64,000 nt of DNA from the human T2T-CHM13v2.0 reference genome, Homo sapiens, in assembly GCF_009914755.1 (NCBI RefSeq), contig NC_060931.1. One strand, written 5' to 3'. The notes beneath the pieces were generated by a model, which saw only the letters and a list, made by a program, of their open reading frames with translations, was not told where the DNA came from and did not search any database. Numbering within the stretch: position 1 is the first letter of the stretch; every line of letters starts with the position of its first letter. This document shows positions 28,539-47,570 of this stretch, piece after piece. A program made the position numbers and the translations under genes.

Positions 28539-28610
28539 GGGGGCATAGCTCAGGGGTGGGGTGTTAGACTACAAACCAAGAGGCCACCACTTCGATTCCA
28601 GATACCCCCT
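28539..28610 (+). pseudogene. Decayed tRNA-Cys with ACA anticodon
   Basis: GGGGGCATAGCTCAGGGGTGGGGTGTTAGACT-ACA-AACCAAGAGGCCACCACTTCGATTCCAGATACCCCCT; D and T stems broken. Confidence 0.85.
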
Positions 28611-29243
28611 CCGCATTTTCTATTTTGACATTTGTAGAAAGTAAAAAGTTTTGTTTTCAAAGTTTCTCTTTTTATTAAAAAATAAATCATAAGTGTTAAA
28701 AGTAATAGTTTCTTTTAAAAAACTAACTTCTTTCAAGCCTCTTTGCTTTGTGCCGATAACTCTTTATTAAACCTTATCTTATGTAGCTGTTACATATAAA
28801 AGAATAAGTACATTCTATGTTTTGTACTTTAACCAAGATATTTGTGCTAAACATGCTTACAAGCACATTCTAGCTCGCATCCTGTGTCCCTTCCTCATTA
28901 AAGAATGTTATTACTTTTCTAAGTCTTTTCATAAGCAACTTCCTCTTTTCCTTTCTTCTCCATTACTTTTACCTATTTTAAAAAGTTTTAAATTGGAAGC
29001 TAATCAAATTTAGTTTAAATTATAAAGTCTAGCTCCAGCCAATAGAGACAAGACACAGTAGAAAAGACAAGCTACATAAAACATAAATGTGCTCTGGCCA
29101 TTATTCCATCTGCAAAGAGCCCCCTTTCTACACAAAGTAAAATTGCCTTGCTGAGAAAACTTTTTGTCTAAATGCAAATTTTTCCTTGCAGTACCAAAAA
29201 ACAAACATTTTATTTCTAAATAAACATTTTACTTATAACAAAA

Positions 29244-29261
29244 TGGTGGCCCGTACGGGGA
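29244..29261 (+). promoter_or_regulatory. Primer-binding site for tRNA-Ile
   Basis: TGGTGGCCCGTACGGGGA, 3 nt after the LTR end; complementary to the tRNA-Ile(AAT) 3' end. Confidence 0.9.
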
Positions 29262-32200
29262 TACATTCTCTTCCTCTCTCATGAAGACACGCCCCACTGC
29301 CTCATTGCAGTGGCCTCAGGGGTAAGGAATTGAGTCACACCCGGTGCAACAAATAAACCTAGACTCTCAGCAAGGCAGAAAGAAACCAGCCGGCAACCTA
29401 GAGTAAAAGATCTTCACATACCACATGGACCAGGTAACCTCATGCATGAGCCAAGGAAGGAAACACCAGAAAAGCTGGTAAAGAATTTCACTGGTGGTCA
29501 AGACTAAAGAAAGAAAAGCTGCAGGACAGTGAAGCATTCCTTGGTTAAGACATACCAAGGAAAGAGAAACCACAGGGGCGATAAAGCATTCCTTAGTCAG
29601 GACTAAGGAAAGAAAAGCTGCAGGAGGCGAGTGAAGTATTCTTTAGTCGGGGTGTCTTGGAGGTTAAAAAGAGGTGAAAAATCCCCATTAGGGGGAGATT
29701 GAACCTCACACAAACCTCTGGTAGTAGGAAAAAATATTTAGAACTTCCCTTTCCCGTCTTCTCAGGGGAAGAAAGAGGCTAAGCTCCACTCCCGCCAGCC
29801 ACTCCCTAGCGGGAGGGGAAGGAGAGAGGAGAACAGCAGTGTAGGTGGCTGGCAGAGGCATGGAAAGACCAGCAGAGAGAGAAAGAGAAAGAGAAAGGCA
29901 GAGACAGAAAGCAAAAATCTTTTGGCAAAGTTTTAAAGTTTTCTAGAAGAGGTGAAAGAAGAAAGGGAACTCAGGAATGCAAAGAGAAAGAAAGCAAAGT
30001 CAGTACTTTAAAGGAGAAGGTCAAAGTAAGTGTGTAACGGCTACGGATGTGAAGGTAAGGAGGAAAGACAAAGGGGCCCTCTAGCCCAGGGTTAATTACT
30101 TGTGCAATTTGCGCCGGGCATCTGCTGAGCCTCTGGGCTGGCGTGGCCTGGGCCCAGACTGCGGCCACACAAATCCCACCCAACCCAAAAGACTAAGTAG
30201 AAAAGAAAAAGGAAACGGGATGACAGAGAGAGAGAGAGCAGCAAATGAGAGAGAGACAGAGGGAGAGAATAAGTGAAAGAGAGGCTGAAAGAGACAGAGA
30301 TTACAGAAAGACACAGAAGGTGTGACTGGGGAAAGAAATAGTGTTAAAAGAAGTCAGAAAGTTGAGGCATGTCAAAGATGGCCTATGAAAGTTGTAAAAA
30401 ATGTTATAATAGGGAATTTATGCAAGGAATATTGTATAAAAGTAATTAGGTGTCCTAAATGTAAAACTATTAAAGAAACAGTTTATGTGCAAAGCATGTA
30501 AGGAAAATGAAATATACTTTTACTAAAAGAATTATAAGGAGGCATAAAAATATGGATTTTTACCTACATTAAAAGGTTAAAAAAATAGGTGCTAATGAAA
30601 ATTCAAAAAGAAAATAAATATTGCTAAACCAAAGAGAAATATTATCCAAACCCCTTATAAAGGAAATCTTGCTCCAACTGCATCAAAAAACCCATTAAGG
30701 GCCCTCAAGCGCAAAGTTATTAACAACAAGTTTCCACCTCCAGCGGCTCCTAGAGAGGCTGCAGCACAAGCTGATGGGGGAACCTAACCTTGAACAGACA
30801 TTTCCTGTGCAGGGGAGGGGGTCAAGTGGCCATTAGACAGCACAGCCCAGCCCAAGGCCGGGGCCAGACAGCGAGGGCTCGGACAGGAGCAAAGTCTGAA
30901 GGCGGCCAGGTGAGGCACAAAGCCCCTCATTCCCAAAGCCGCAACGCACAGGAGCAGTGAAGGCCACGGGGAGGTGGAGACCTTAAGAGTGGGCAGGGCT
31001 GTCGCATCCCCTAGGCGACGCTAAGTGGGGATGAAGCAAGGGGTGTCACCATGGGGCCTTAAGCCCCAAGATATGCAGAGTTCTGACAAAATAAGGAGCC
31101 CCAGAGAGTCCCTCAGATATAAGTAAAAATAAAAAAAGAAAATTTCTCAGCAAAAAGGCACTAGAGACTATAAAATCAAAGAGACACCTATAAATTGCCT
31201 TACTTACATTCCACTGCTAATGTCCCCACATTTAAAACAAAAAAAGCAGCTTCTCAGAAATTATAGACTTAGTTTATCTTCCACTTTCCCTTCCCTCAGA
31301 ACTAAAAGTCTTTTAACACAAGTACCACCCCTAAAATTTCTGGTAAACCAGCACCAGCCTGGAGACCATGTCATCATCAAAAGATAAAAAAAAAAACAAA
31401 ACCAAAAACTCAAGCCAGTCTCGGGATGACCCTGCCTCATGCTGCTAACCACTGAGACTGTCATTCGCACAGCAGAAAAAAGACAGACACATCACACCCA
31501 AGTCAAGAAAGCATCATCACCGTCGGAATCATGAGCCATTGTTCCAAGGTTAAGCCCTATCAAATTAAAGCTAAGAAAAACTCAATCTATCTTTTCTTTT
31601 TCTTTTCTTCCTTTACTCCCCATCTTATTATTAATGAACTAGATCTAACTCATCTCAAGTTATTACTTTTGATGCCTGTTTAGTTATACCTTATAGAGAT
31701 TAACATAACCAAAGACAGCTTACTACTTCAAAAAAAATATCTCTGTCCCTCTTGGACTTCCTCAGATTGGGAAGACATAATGAGTTCCTGTAAGTATTTA
31801 TAGTATAAGAGCCAACATTTCAAAAAAAAAAAAAATCCTAGAGAAATTTTTGAAATGCGCTTTATTGCTACTTCAACTTCTCCATCAATCACTCCTCCCA
31901 AACACAGTGACAAAACCAAAGTCTCTATAGTAAAAGAAAATCTAAATCAAACAATAGCAATTAAAACAGGGTATCAGGATATAAATGCCTGGCTAAAATA
32001 GATTAAATATTCTATCTGCACTCTAAAAAAAAGCAATTGTCATGCTTGTGTGCATGGTAGGCCAAAGGCCCAGCTAGTCCCCTTTCCACTCAGATGGTCC
32101 TCTACAAGACATCGACTGCATGGTAGCTCCTTTTCAAAATCCTACAGCCTGGGATAGTGAACTGTGCCAAACTCTCTCTCTGCTATTTCCTGAAGTGCAA

Positions 32201-32855
32201 TACCCTGTGGGTCAGCTGCCGAGGGCCATCCAGCCTCCATATTCCAAGACCAATTTTACCTCGTGTCTCCAACAACAAGAGAATAATTTGGTGATCCTTA
32301 GAGACTAAACAGGAGGCAGTGAGGTCAAGCACTTCCAAGAGCTGATGCATCAGTATGCCCTTATTCATCCCAAAGCAGATGTATAGTAGTATTATAGAAC
32401 ACCTTTACTAGACACCCTGACAAATAATTAGAGCAGTACTTGTGCTCTAGTTCAATTAGCTATCCTTTTACCCTAGTATTTCATCAACCAAAAAAACTTT
32501 TTCTTTTAAAAACTCAAGCAAAACAGCTAACCCAAGACATGTTAAGAAAGTTTAAAGAGAAAAAAACTATAAAATCAAGAGGAGCAAATTGTAGAAAGTA
32601 AAAAGTTCCCTCTTCAAAGTTTCCCTCCTTGTTAAAGAATAAATCATGTGTTAAAAAATAATAGTTTCTTTTAAAACCTAACTTCCTTCAAGCCTCCTTG
32701 CTTTGTGCTAATAACTCTTCATTAAGCCTAATCCTATGTAGTGGTTAAATAAAAAAGAATAAGTACATTCTATGTCCTTGTACTTTAACCAAGATATTTC
32801 TGCTAAACTTGCTTACAAGCATGTTCCAGCTTGCAGCCTATGCCCCTTCCTCATA

Positions 32856-33353
32856 AAATCATGCTGCTATAAAGACACATGCACACGTATGTTTATTGCG
32901 GCACTATTCACAATAGCAAAGACTTGGAACCAACCCAAATGTCCAACGATAGACTGGATTAAGAAAATGTGGCACATATACACCACGGAATACTATGCAG
33001 CCATAAAAAATGATGAGTTCGTGTCCTTTGTAGGGACGTGGATAAAACTGGAAACCATCATTCTCAGAAAACTATTGCAAGGACAAAAAACCAAACACCG
33101 CATGTTCTCACTCATAGGTGGGAACTGAACAATGAGAACACATGGACACAGGAAGGGGAACATCACACACTGGGGACTGTTGTGGGGTGCGGGGAGTGGG
33201 GAGGGATAGCATTAGGAGATATACCTAATGCTAAATGACGAGTTAATGGGTGCAGCACACCAACATGGCACATGTATACGTATGTAACAAACCTGCACGT
33301 TGTGCACCTGTACCCTAAAACTTAAAGTATAATAATAATAAAATCAAAAAAAA
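32856..33353 (+). mobile_element. 5'-truncated L1 (L1PA2/3-like) inside the 3' LTR
   Basis: ORF2 C-terminus (...KHRMFSLIGGN*), 3' UTR and A tail; LTR sequence resumes after it. Confidence 0.93.
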
Positions 33354-33921
33354 GAATGTTGTTATTTTCTAATATTTCATAAGCAACTTCCTCTTTTCCT
33401 TTCTTCTCCATTACTTTTACCTATTTTAAAAAGTTTTAAATTGGAAGCCAATCAAGTTTAGTTTAAATTATAAAGTCTAGCTCCAGCCAATAGACAAGAC
33501 ACAGTAGCAAAAACAAGCTACGTAAAAGATAAAAATTGCTTCCCTCCATTGTTCAAGTGTGCTCTGGCCATTATTCCATCTGCAAAGAGCACCCTTTCTA
33601 CACAAAGTAAAATTGCCTTGCTGAGAATACTTCTTGTCTAAATGCAAATTTTTCCTTGCAGTACCAAAAGACAAACATTCTATTTCTAAATAAGCATTTT
33701 ACTTATAACAACTTTTTTTTATTATACTTTAAGTTCTACAGTACATGTGTACAACGTGGTTTGTTACATACGTACACATGTGGCATGTTGGTGTGCTGCA
33801 CCCATTAACTCGTCATTTACATTAGGTATATCTCCTAATGCTATCCCTCCCCACTCCCCCCACCCCATGACAGGTCCTGGTGTGTGATGTTTCCCTTCCT
33901 GTGTCCATGTGTTCTCATTGT

Positions 33922-37737
<3,816 letters not shown>

Positions 37738-37800
37738 TATGATGTCAGTTGGTTATTTTGCTCGTTAGTTGATGCAATTTCTTCCCAGCATCGATGGTCT

Positions 37801-38817
37801 TTATAATGTGGCATGTTTTTGCAGTGGCTGGTACCAGTTGTTCCTTTCCATGTTTAGTGCTTCCTTCAGGAGCTCTTGTAGGGCAGGCTTGGTGGTGACA
37901 AAATCTCTCAGCATTTGCTTGTCTGTAAAGGATTTTATTTCCCCTTCACTTATGAAGCTTAGTTTGGCTGGATATGAAATTCTCGGTTGAAAAGTCTTTT
38001 CTTTAAGAATGTTGAATATTGGCCCCCACTCTCTTCTGGCTTGCAGAGTTTCTGCCGAGAGATCTGTTGTTAGTCTGATGGGCTTCCCTTTGTGGGTAAC
38101 CCGATCTTTCTCTCTGGCTGCCCTTAACATTTTTTCCTTCATTTCAACTTCGGTGAATCTGACAATTATGTGTCTTGGAGTTGTTCTTCTCAAGGAGTAT
38201 CTTTGTGGCATTCTCTGTATTTCCTGATTTTGAATGTTGGCCTGCCTTGCTAGGCTGGGGAAGTTCTCCTGGATAATATTCTGCACAGTGTTTTCCAACT
38301 TGGTTCCATTCTCTCTGTCACTTTCGGGTACACCAATCAGACGTAGATTCGGTCTTTTCACATAGTTCCGTATTTCTTGGGGGCTTTGTTCATTTCTTTT
38401 TACTCTTTTTTCTCTAAACTTCTCTTCTTGCTTCATTTCATTCATTGGATCTTCAATCACTGATACCCTTTCTTACAGTTGATTGAATCGGCTACTGAAG
38501 CTTGTGCATTCGTCACGTAGTTCTTGTGCCATGGTTTTCAGCTCCATGAGGTCATTGAAGAACTTCTCTACACTGGTTATTCTAGTTAGCCATTCGTCTA
38601 ATCTTTTTCCAAGGTTTTTAGCTTCTTTGCGATGGGTTTGAACTTCCTCCCTTAGCTTGGAGAAGTCTGATCATCTGAAACCTTCTTCTCTCAACTTGTC
38701 AAAGTCATTCTCCATCCAGCTTCGTTCCGTTGCTGGCAAGGAGCTGCGTTCCTTTGGAGGGGGAGTAGTGTTCTGATTTTAAAAATTTTCACCTTTTCTG
38801 CTCTGTTTTTTCCCCAT
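37801..38817 (-). pseudogene. L1 ORF1 with an early nonsense codon
   Basis: MGKKQSRKGENF* (stop at 38779); span 1017 nt; C-terminal 219 aa open. Confidence 0.93.
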
Positions 38818-39388
38818 CTTTGTTGTTTTATCTACTTTTGGTCTTTGTTGATGGTGACGTACAGATGGGGTTTTGGTGTGGATGTCCTTTCTGTTAGTTT
38901 TCCTTCTAACAGTCAAGCCCCTCAGCTGCAGGTCTGTTGGAGTTTGCTGGAGGTCCACTCTAGACCCTGTTTGCCTGGGTAAAACCAGCGGAGGCTGCAG
39001 AAGAGCCAATATTGCTGAACAGCAAATGTTGCTCCCTGATCACTCCTCTGGAAGCTTCATCTCAGAGGGGTACCTGGCCGTGTGAGGTGTCAGTCAGCCC
39101 CTACTGGAGGGTGCCTCCCAGTTAGGCTACTCGGGGGTCAGGGACCTACATGAGGGGGCAGTCTGTCCATTCTCAGATCTCAAACTCCGTGCTGGGAGAA
39201 CCACTGCTCACTTCAAAGCTGTCAGACAGGGACATTTAAGTCTGCAGAGGTTTCTGCTACCTTTTATTTGGCTATGCCCTGCCCCCAGAGGTGGAGTCTA
39301 CAGAGGCAAGCAGGCCTCCTTGAGCTGCGGTGGGCTCCACCCAGTTCGAGCTTCCCAGCTGCTTTGTTTACCTACTCAAGCCTCAGCA

Positions 39389-39634
39389 ATGGTGGGCGCC
39401 CCTACCCCAGCCTCGCTGCCGCCTTGCAGATCGATCTCGGACTGCTGTGCTAGCAATGAGCGAGGCTCCGTGGGCGTGGGGCCCTCCGAGCCAGGTGCGG
39501 GATATAATCTCCTGGTGTGCCGTTTGCTAAGACCGTTGGAAAAGCGCAGTATTGGGGTGGGAGTGACCCGATTTTCCAGGTGGCGTCTGTCACCGCTTCC
39601 CTTGGCTAGGAAAGGGAATTCCCTGACCCCTTGA
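39389..39634 (+). CDS. L1 antisense ORF0-like, 81 aa, open
   Basis: MVGAPTPASLPPCRSISDCCASNERGSVGVGPSEPG...VGVTRFSR matches primate L1 ORF0. Confidence 0.7.
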   Translation: MVGAPTPASLPPCRSISDCCASNERGSVGVGPSEPGAGYNLLVCRLLRPLEKRSIGVGVTRFSRWRLSPLPLARKGNSLTP

Positions 39635-40189
39635 GCTTCCCAGGTGAGGCGATGCCTCAACCTGCTTTGGCTCATGCTCGGTGGGCTGCACCCACTGTCC
39701 TGCCCGCACTGTCCAACAAGCCCCAGTGAGATGAACCCGGTACCTCAGATGGAAATGCAGAAATCACCAGTCTTCTGTGTTGCTCACGCTGGGAGCTGTA
39801 GACTGGAGCTGTTCCTATTTGGCCATCTTGGAACCGCCCCCCACTACGACATTTTAAATAGGTGTCTACGTTTTAACTTCTTCCTTATTAGACACTAGGG
39901 TAAAGGTTTCATTATTTTCTGAAATCAGCAAATGCTGAGGCTAGAAAGTGGTGGTTCTTAACCCCAGATATAAATTAGAATCACTTGAAGAGTCCATGAA
40001 AGTGCCATTTCCCAGGCCTCACACCAGACCAATTAAATCAGAGCATCCAGGGTGGGGCCCAGGCATGATAAAAGCTCCCAGGAGGCTCTAGACTGTAGCA
40101 AAGGGCAAGACCCCACTTTAGCAGAGCTTCCAAGAAGCCTCCGTAGCCCAAGTCTCCCTGTTCCCACTCTGCCTCTTCTTATTCATCCT

Positions 40190-40663
40190 TAGGTGAACCC
40201 CAAATATCTAGAGAAAGGTCTCCATTAATTATGAAAGTGTATTTTGCCAAGGACGCAGATGCGTGTCTGTGACACTGACTCAGGGCGTCCTGACAACCTG
40301 TTCCAAAGGTGGTAGGGGCACAGCTTGGTTTTATACATTTTAGGGACACATGAGCTATTAATCAATACGTGTAAGATGTACACTCGTTCCATCCAGAAAG
40401 GTGGGACAACACCAGGCGAAGGTGGGACAACTGGAAGCTGGGAGGGGGCTTCCAGGTCATAGGTAGAGAAGAGACAAAAGGTTGCACTCTTTTGCATTTC
40501 TGATGAGCCTCTCTAAAGGAGGCAATCTGATAGAGATTTATCTCATAATCAGAGGGGTGACTTTGAATAAAATGGGAGGCAGGTTTGCCCTAAGCAGGTC
40601 TCAGCTGGACTTTTCCATTTAGCTTAGTGATTTGGGGCCCCCAAGATTGAATTTCATTTCACA
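40190..40663 (-). mobile_element. MER4-like LTR
   Basis: Minus strand begins TGTGAAATGAAATTCAATCTTGGGGGCCCC. Confidence 0.7.
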
Positions 40664-40695
40664 CTTATGTAGACAGCACTTAAAACTGGACCAGA

Positions 40696-41120
<425 letters not shown>

Positions 41121-43799
41121 CTAGTTGTCTTAATTTTTCCCTTGCCTGATCCAGACATTCTCTCTGGGATGGGGTGGTATTGGTCTTCTATTTCCAAGAC
41201 AAACCACCAGGATCTATAGCTCAATCAGTAAGCCCTTATAAGGCCAAGACAGTTTGCAGAGGATGAAATGTCAACATGTTAAAGTGTAAGTAAAGTTCTA
41301 CGTTGTGTTCAGATGTTCCAATTATCAACGGCAATTTTACATCATAGTTAAGCTTTAAAGGTGAACTTCTGCAGAAGGGATCACTGAATTACATCAACCA
41401 TCTCAAAAACTAGAGGATGTCATGGCGTTCTATGCTTTAGAGAACAAACAGCTTTTTTGACACAAATCTTAAAATTCATAGAGGTTCAACTATACAGCAT
41501 AGAATTCTGAAGCACAATTCATGATTTTTAGTATCCCTTATACTAATCATGTTTTATGAACCTTTTTAAAAACTACCTTATATTTAATAATTCTTCAGAT
41601 TTATATAAACAACATAAGTTTATACTTTAGATAGGTTGAAAACATGTTCTGGTAATAAAAGTATTTGAAAGCAGCAAAGTCTTACTATCTTTACATTGAA
41701 TGGCAGGAAAACACAACAGAGAAGCAGGCACTGAAGACAGAGCCTGGTCAAGTGTAGTGTCACTTGAGGCTCTGTCTAATTTGATCATTTTGCAAATGAC
41801 ACTTTGCTCTACTCCTCTGAGTTGAAAATATTCTGCATCCTGTGACTCTCCTTATTAGTATAAGATGTATGGCCTGAAAAACAGAACTTCTTTTATTTTC
41901 AATGATATGTTTCATAATTTCTTACTCATTAAAGCGGATTCTTTTAACAAGAGATGTGAACTTTTTATTTAGTATTTTTTTCCCTCCAAAAAGTGGCACT
42001 GGTAACTCAAACGATAAATGCTAGAGGGGATGGATACCCCATTCCCCATGGTGAGCTTATTTCACATTGCATGCCTGTTTCCCAATAGCTCATGTACCCC
42101 ATCAATATATACCACTATGTACCTACAAAAACTTAAATTTTTAAGAGGTAGCTTTTGCTGTTTCAGTTCCACACTTAGAGCTTTGGCCTAGAACTTGGGT
42201 ACTTGCCCCTTTCCTGTCCCTGCCCTCCAATACCTTCTGTTAGTAGAAATGGTCTCTTGGGGCAGCCTCCTTCCTGTATCCCCATTACTGTTTCAGCTCC
42301 TCTACCCAAGCCCGCCAGCCCTCCAGCTACTCTATAAACAGTCTTCTTCCACCTTAACCTTGCCCTGCAAGTCTGCCTTTTTATGACTCCTTGTACATTT
42401 GAAGGCCAGCTTTCCCCTAAAGCCATCCCTCCCTTTCAACTCCCAGAACAGAGGGTGGGGTCACCTTCTCAGTCACATTCTCCATGTTGCCCCCAAGCCC
42501 CAGCTCCTCCGCCATCCCTCCCTGCTTCCCTCTCTCAAAGACATCTCCTTCCACCACTCTCTCACCATTCATGTCTTCTCTGATATTTTACACTCCAGAA
42601 ACATTGGACATTTTTAGAACCAGACTAACAAACCTATTTTCCTCACCGCCCTCTCCTTTTGTCCTCAGGAATGTCAAACACCACGACAGAATAACAATCC
42701 TATTTTCCTCACCACCTTCTCCTTTTGTCCCCAGGAATGTCAAACACCATGACAATGTGCTTCCAATGCTAAGGACTTCCAGTGCTAAGAGATTTCCATC
42801 TTCACAGCTCTACAAATGTTCACAAACTCTACTCACTGCAGCTCTCAAGGTGTGTGGTGAGACAGAGATTCAGCATTTTCCACCAGTGTCTTCTACCCTG
42901 CTTCTTGGTTATCAGCTGGGCACATGGCTTCCCCAAAGGAAAACTGCATTTCCCAGACCCTCTTGGAGCTGTGAGGCCACAGGCATAAGGCTGGTCAATG
43001 AGATGCAGGTGAAAGTGATGGATGTCCTTACAGGAAAGACTTGTCTTTTCCATCTTCCTGCTGCCTGGGAGGTTGATGAGATGCTAATGTGGGTGATGTC
43101 ATGCTGGAATGAAAGCCAAGCCGGCCAGACAGCCAGAAAGAAGAACTTGAGTTCTTGACCCTATGGAAAGCCATGCCTGGACCACCTAACTGTGGACTTT
43201 TAAGTGGCAGATAAGGAAGCTTCTGGTTTGTTTGCTGCTTCTGGTTTTACTTTAATCGTTCAGTATTCATAGCCAAATGTGATCATTGCTCAAACTATTC
43301 TCTTTCAAGATCTTAGAATCAGAAAGTACTTTAATGACACCACTTCTGATGTTTACCTGTTCTCCTTACTGTGACTCTCTGCTAATAAGCAATAATTCTG
43401 TTCCTTTCTAATTCACCTTTTCTCCGTTTCCCACCATGCCTGGTTCACGCTTTGCCCTTCTTCCCAAGTAATGATTCCCACCCTACCTCCTTTATTCTCT
43501 TTGGATGACCTGTTTTCTACCTGACTGAGAAGACCAAGATATAGAGTTCCCTGAGCATCCTCTGCTTCTCTGCATCTTCACCTTCTCCTCAACCCCTCCA
43601 GGGTAAGAGAGAAAGCCTGGTTTTAACCAATTCCCTGCCAATGGATATTTTGATGGTCTCCAGTGTTTGCTGTGAGGAATTAAAAAACCGCTATCATGAA
43701 TCTCCACATACATGTGTCTTCATGCAATTATAGGAATATTTTTGAAGGATAAATTACTACAAGTGATACTCTGTAGAGAATCATCTTTTCTATGTTTTC

Positions 43800-44178
43800 T
43801 TTTTTTTTTTGTTTTTATTTTAGGTTCAGGGGTACATATGCAGGTTTGTCATATAGGTAAGCTCATGTCATGTAGGCTTGGTGTACAGATTATTTCATCA
43901 GCCACGTACTATGCATATGTATTTTTTCTGATCTTCTCTCCTTCCACCATCCACCCTCAAGTAGGTGCCAGTGTGTGGCATTCCCCTCTCTGTGTCCATG
44001 TGTTCTCATCATTTAGTTCCCACTTGTAAGTGAGAACATGCATTATTTGATTTTCTGTTCTTGTGTTAGTGGCTAAGGCTAATGCCCTTACAGGTCCATC
44101 CATGTTGCTCCAAAGGAAATGATCTCATTCTTTTTTATGGCTGCGTAGTATTCCACAGTGAATATGTGCCACATTTTT
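43800..44178 (-). mobile_element. L1 3' end fragment (older L1P)
   Basis: T tail followed by ggttcaggggtacatatgcaggtttg...tcccacttgtaagtgagaacatg. Confidence 0.85.
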
Positions 44179-44629
44179 AAAAGACTAAGTATTATTTTTT
44201 GAGTATTTTTTTTTAACAAAAGCAATTTGCTTTTCCCTTGACAAATTATCATGAACAGTATTCTACGTCAAATACAAGTCTCCATACACAGGCTCTGGTT
44301 TCCTTTCAGTGCTGGAGAAGGTGGTGTCACCTAGTTAGAGTTCCATCCCCAGCCTAGCACACCTCACATGATGCTCAACAATTGCTACTGTCTAAGAGAA
44401 TTATCTGGATGACTTGAAGGGTCTCTCCATTTATAAAGCTCAACAAGGCTACCAGGGTGTCCTTAACCAGGTACACACAAAAGTGATGGAGAAAGAAGTA
44501 TCAGTGACAGGAGGGAGGCCAGAATTCAGAGAAACAACCGGCGTAGACATCCAAGCCGGAAGAGCTCGGTCTTGCTCTTGCTGTGCTGACACATGAAAAG
44601 GGTGTTAATTACACTGTCTACCTATGACT

Positions 44630-44701
44630 GGGGGTATAGCTCAGGGGTAGAGCATTTGACTGCAGATCAAGAGGTCTCTGGTTCAAATCCAGGTGCCCCC
44701 T
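44630..44701 (+). tRNA. tRNA-Cys(GCA)
   Basis: 72 nt near-consensus; T5 at 44714-44718. Confidence 0.96.
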
Positions 44702-44799
44702 ACACTGTTCTACTTTTTAATCACCAAAGTGGGTCCTGGGTCATAAGCTCCACCCAATCCACCCTGCAAAAAAAATGACACAGCCTATCTAATCTCTGA

Positions 44800-47570
<2,771 letters not shown>

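Larger units (their letters stand above)
28633..33710 (+). mobile_element. HERV-I-type provirus (LTR10-like LTRs), internally deleted and hypermutated
   Basis: 5' LTR 28633-29240 and 3' LTR 32590-33710 (TG...CA); PBS-Ile; integrase C-terminal remnant ~31250-31510; env remnant ~31560-32490; purine tract before the 3' LTR. Confidence 0.9.

Noticed and set aside
41214-41250. tatagctcaatcagtaag as a tRNA relic
   Set aside because: Only ~9 nt match; no B box or stems.
42484-43158. 224-aa ORF with an internal repeat
   Set aside because: Built on low-complexity and old repeat DNA plus the 66-bp duplication; diverges in frame in the paralog.
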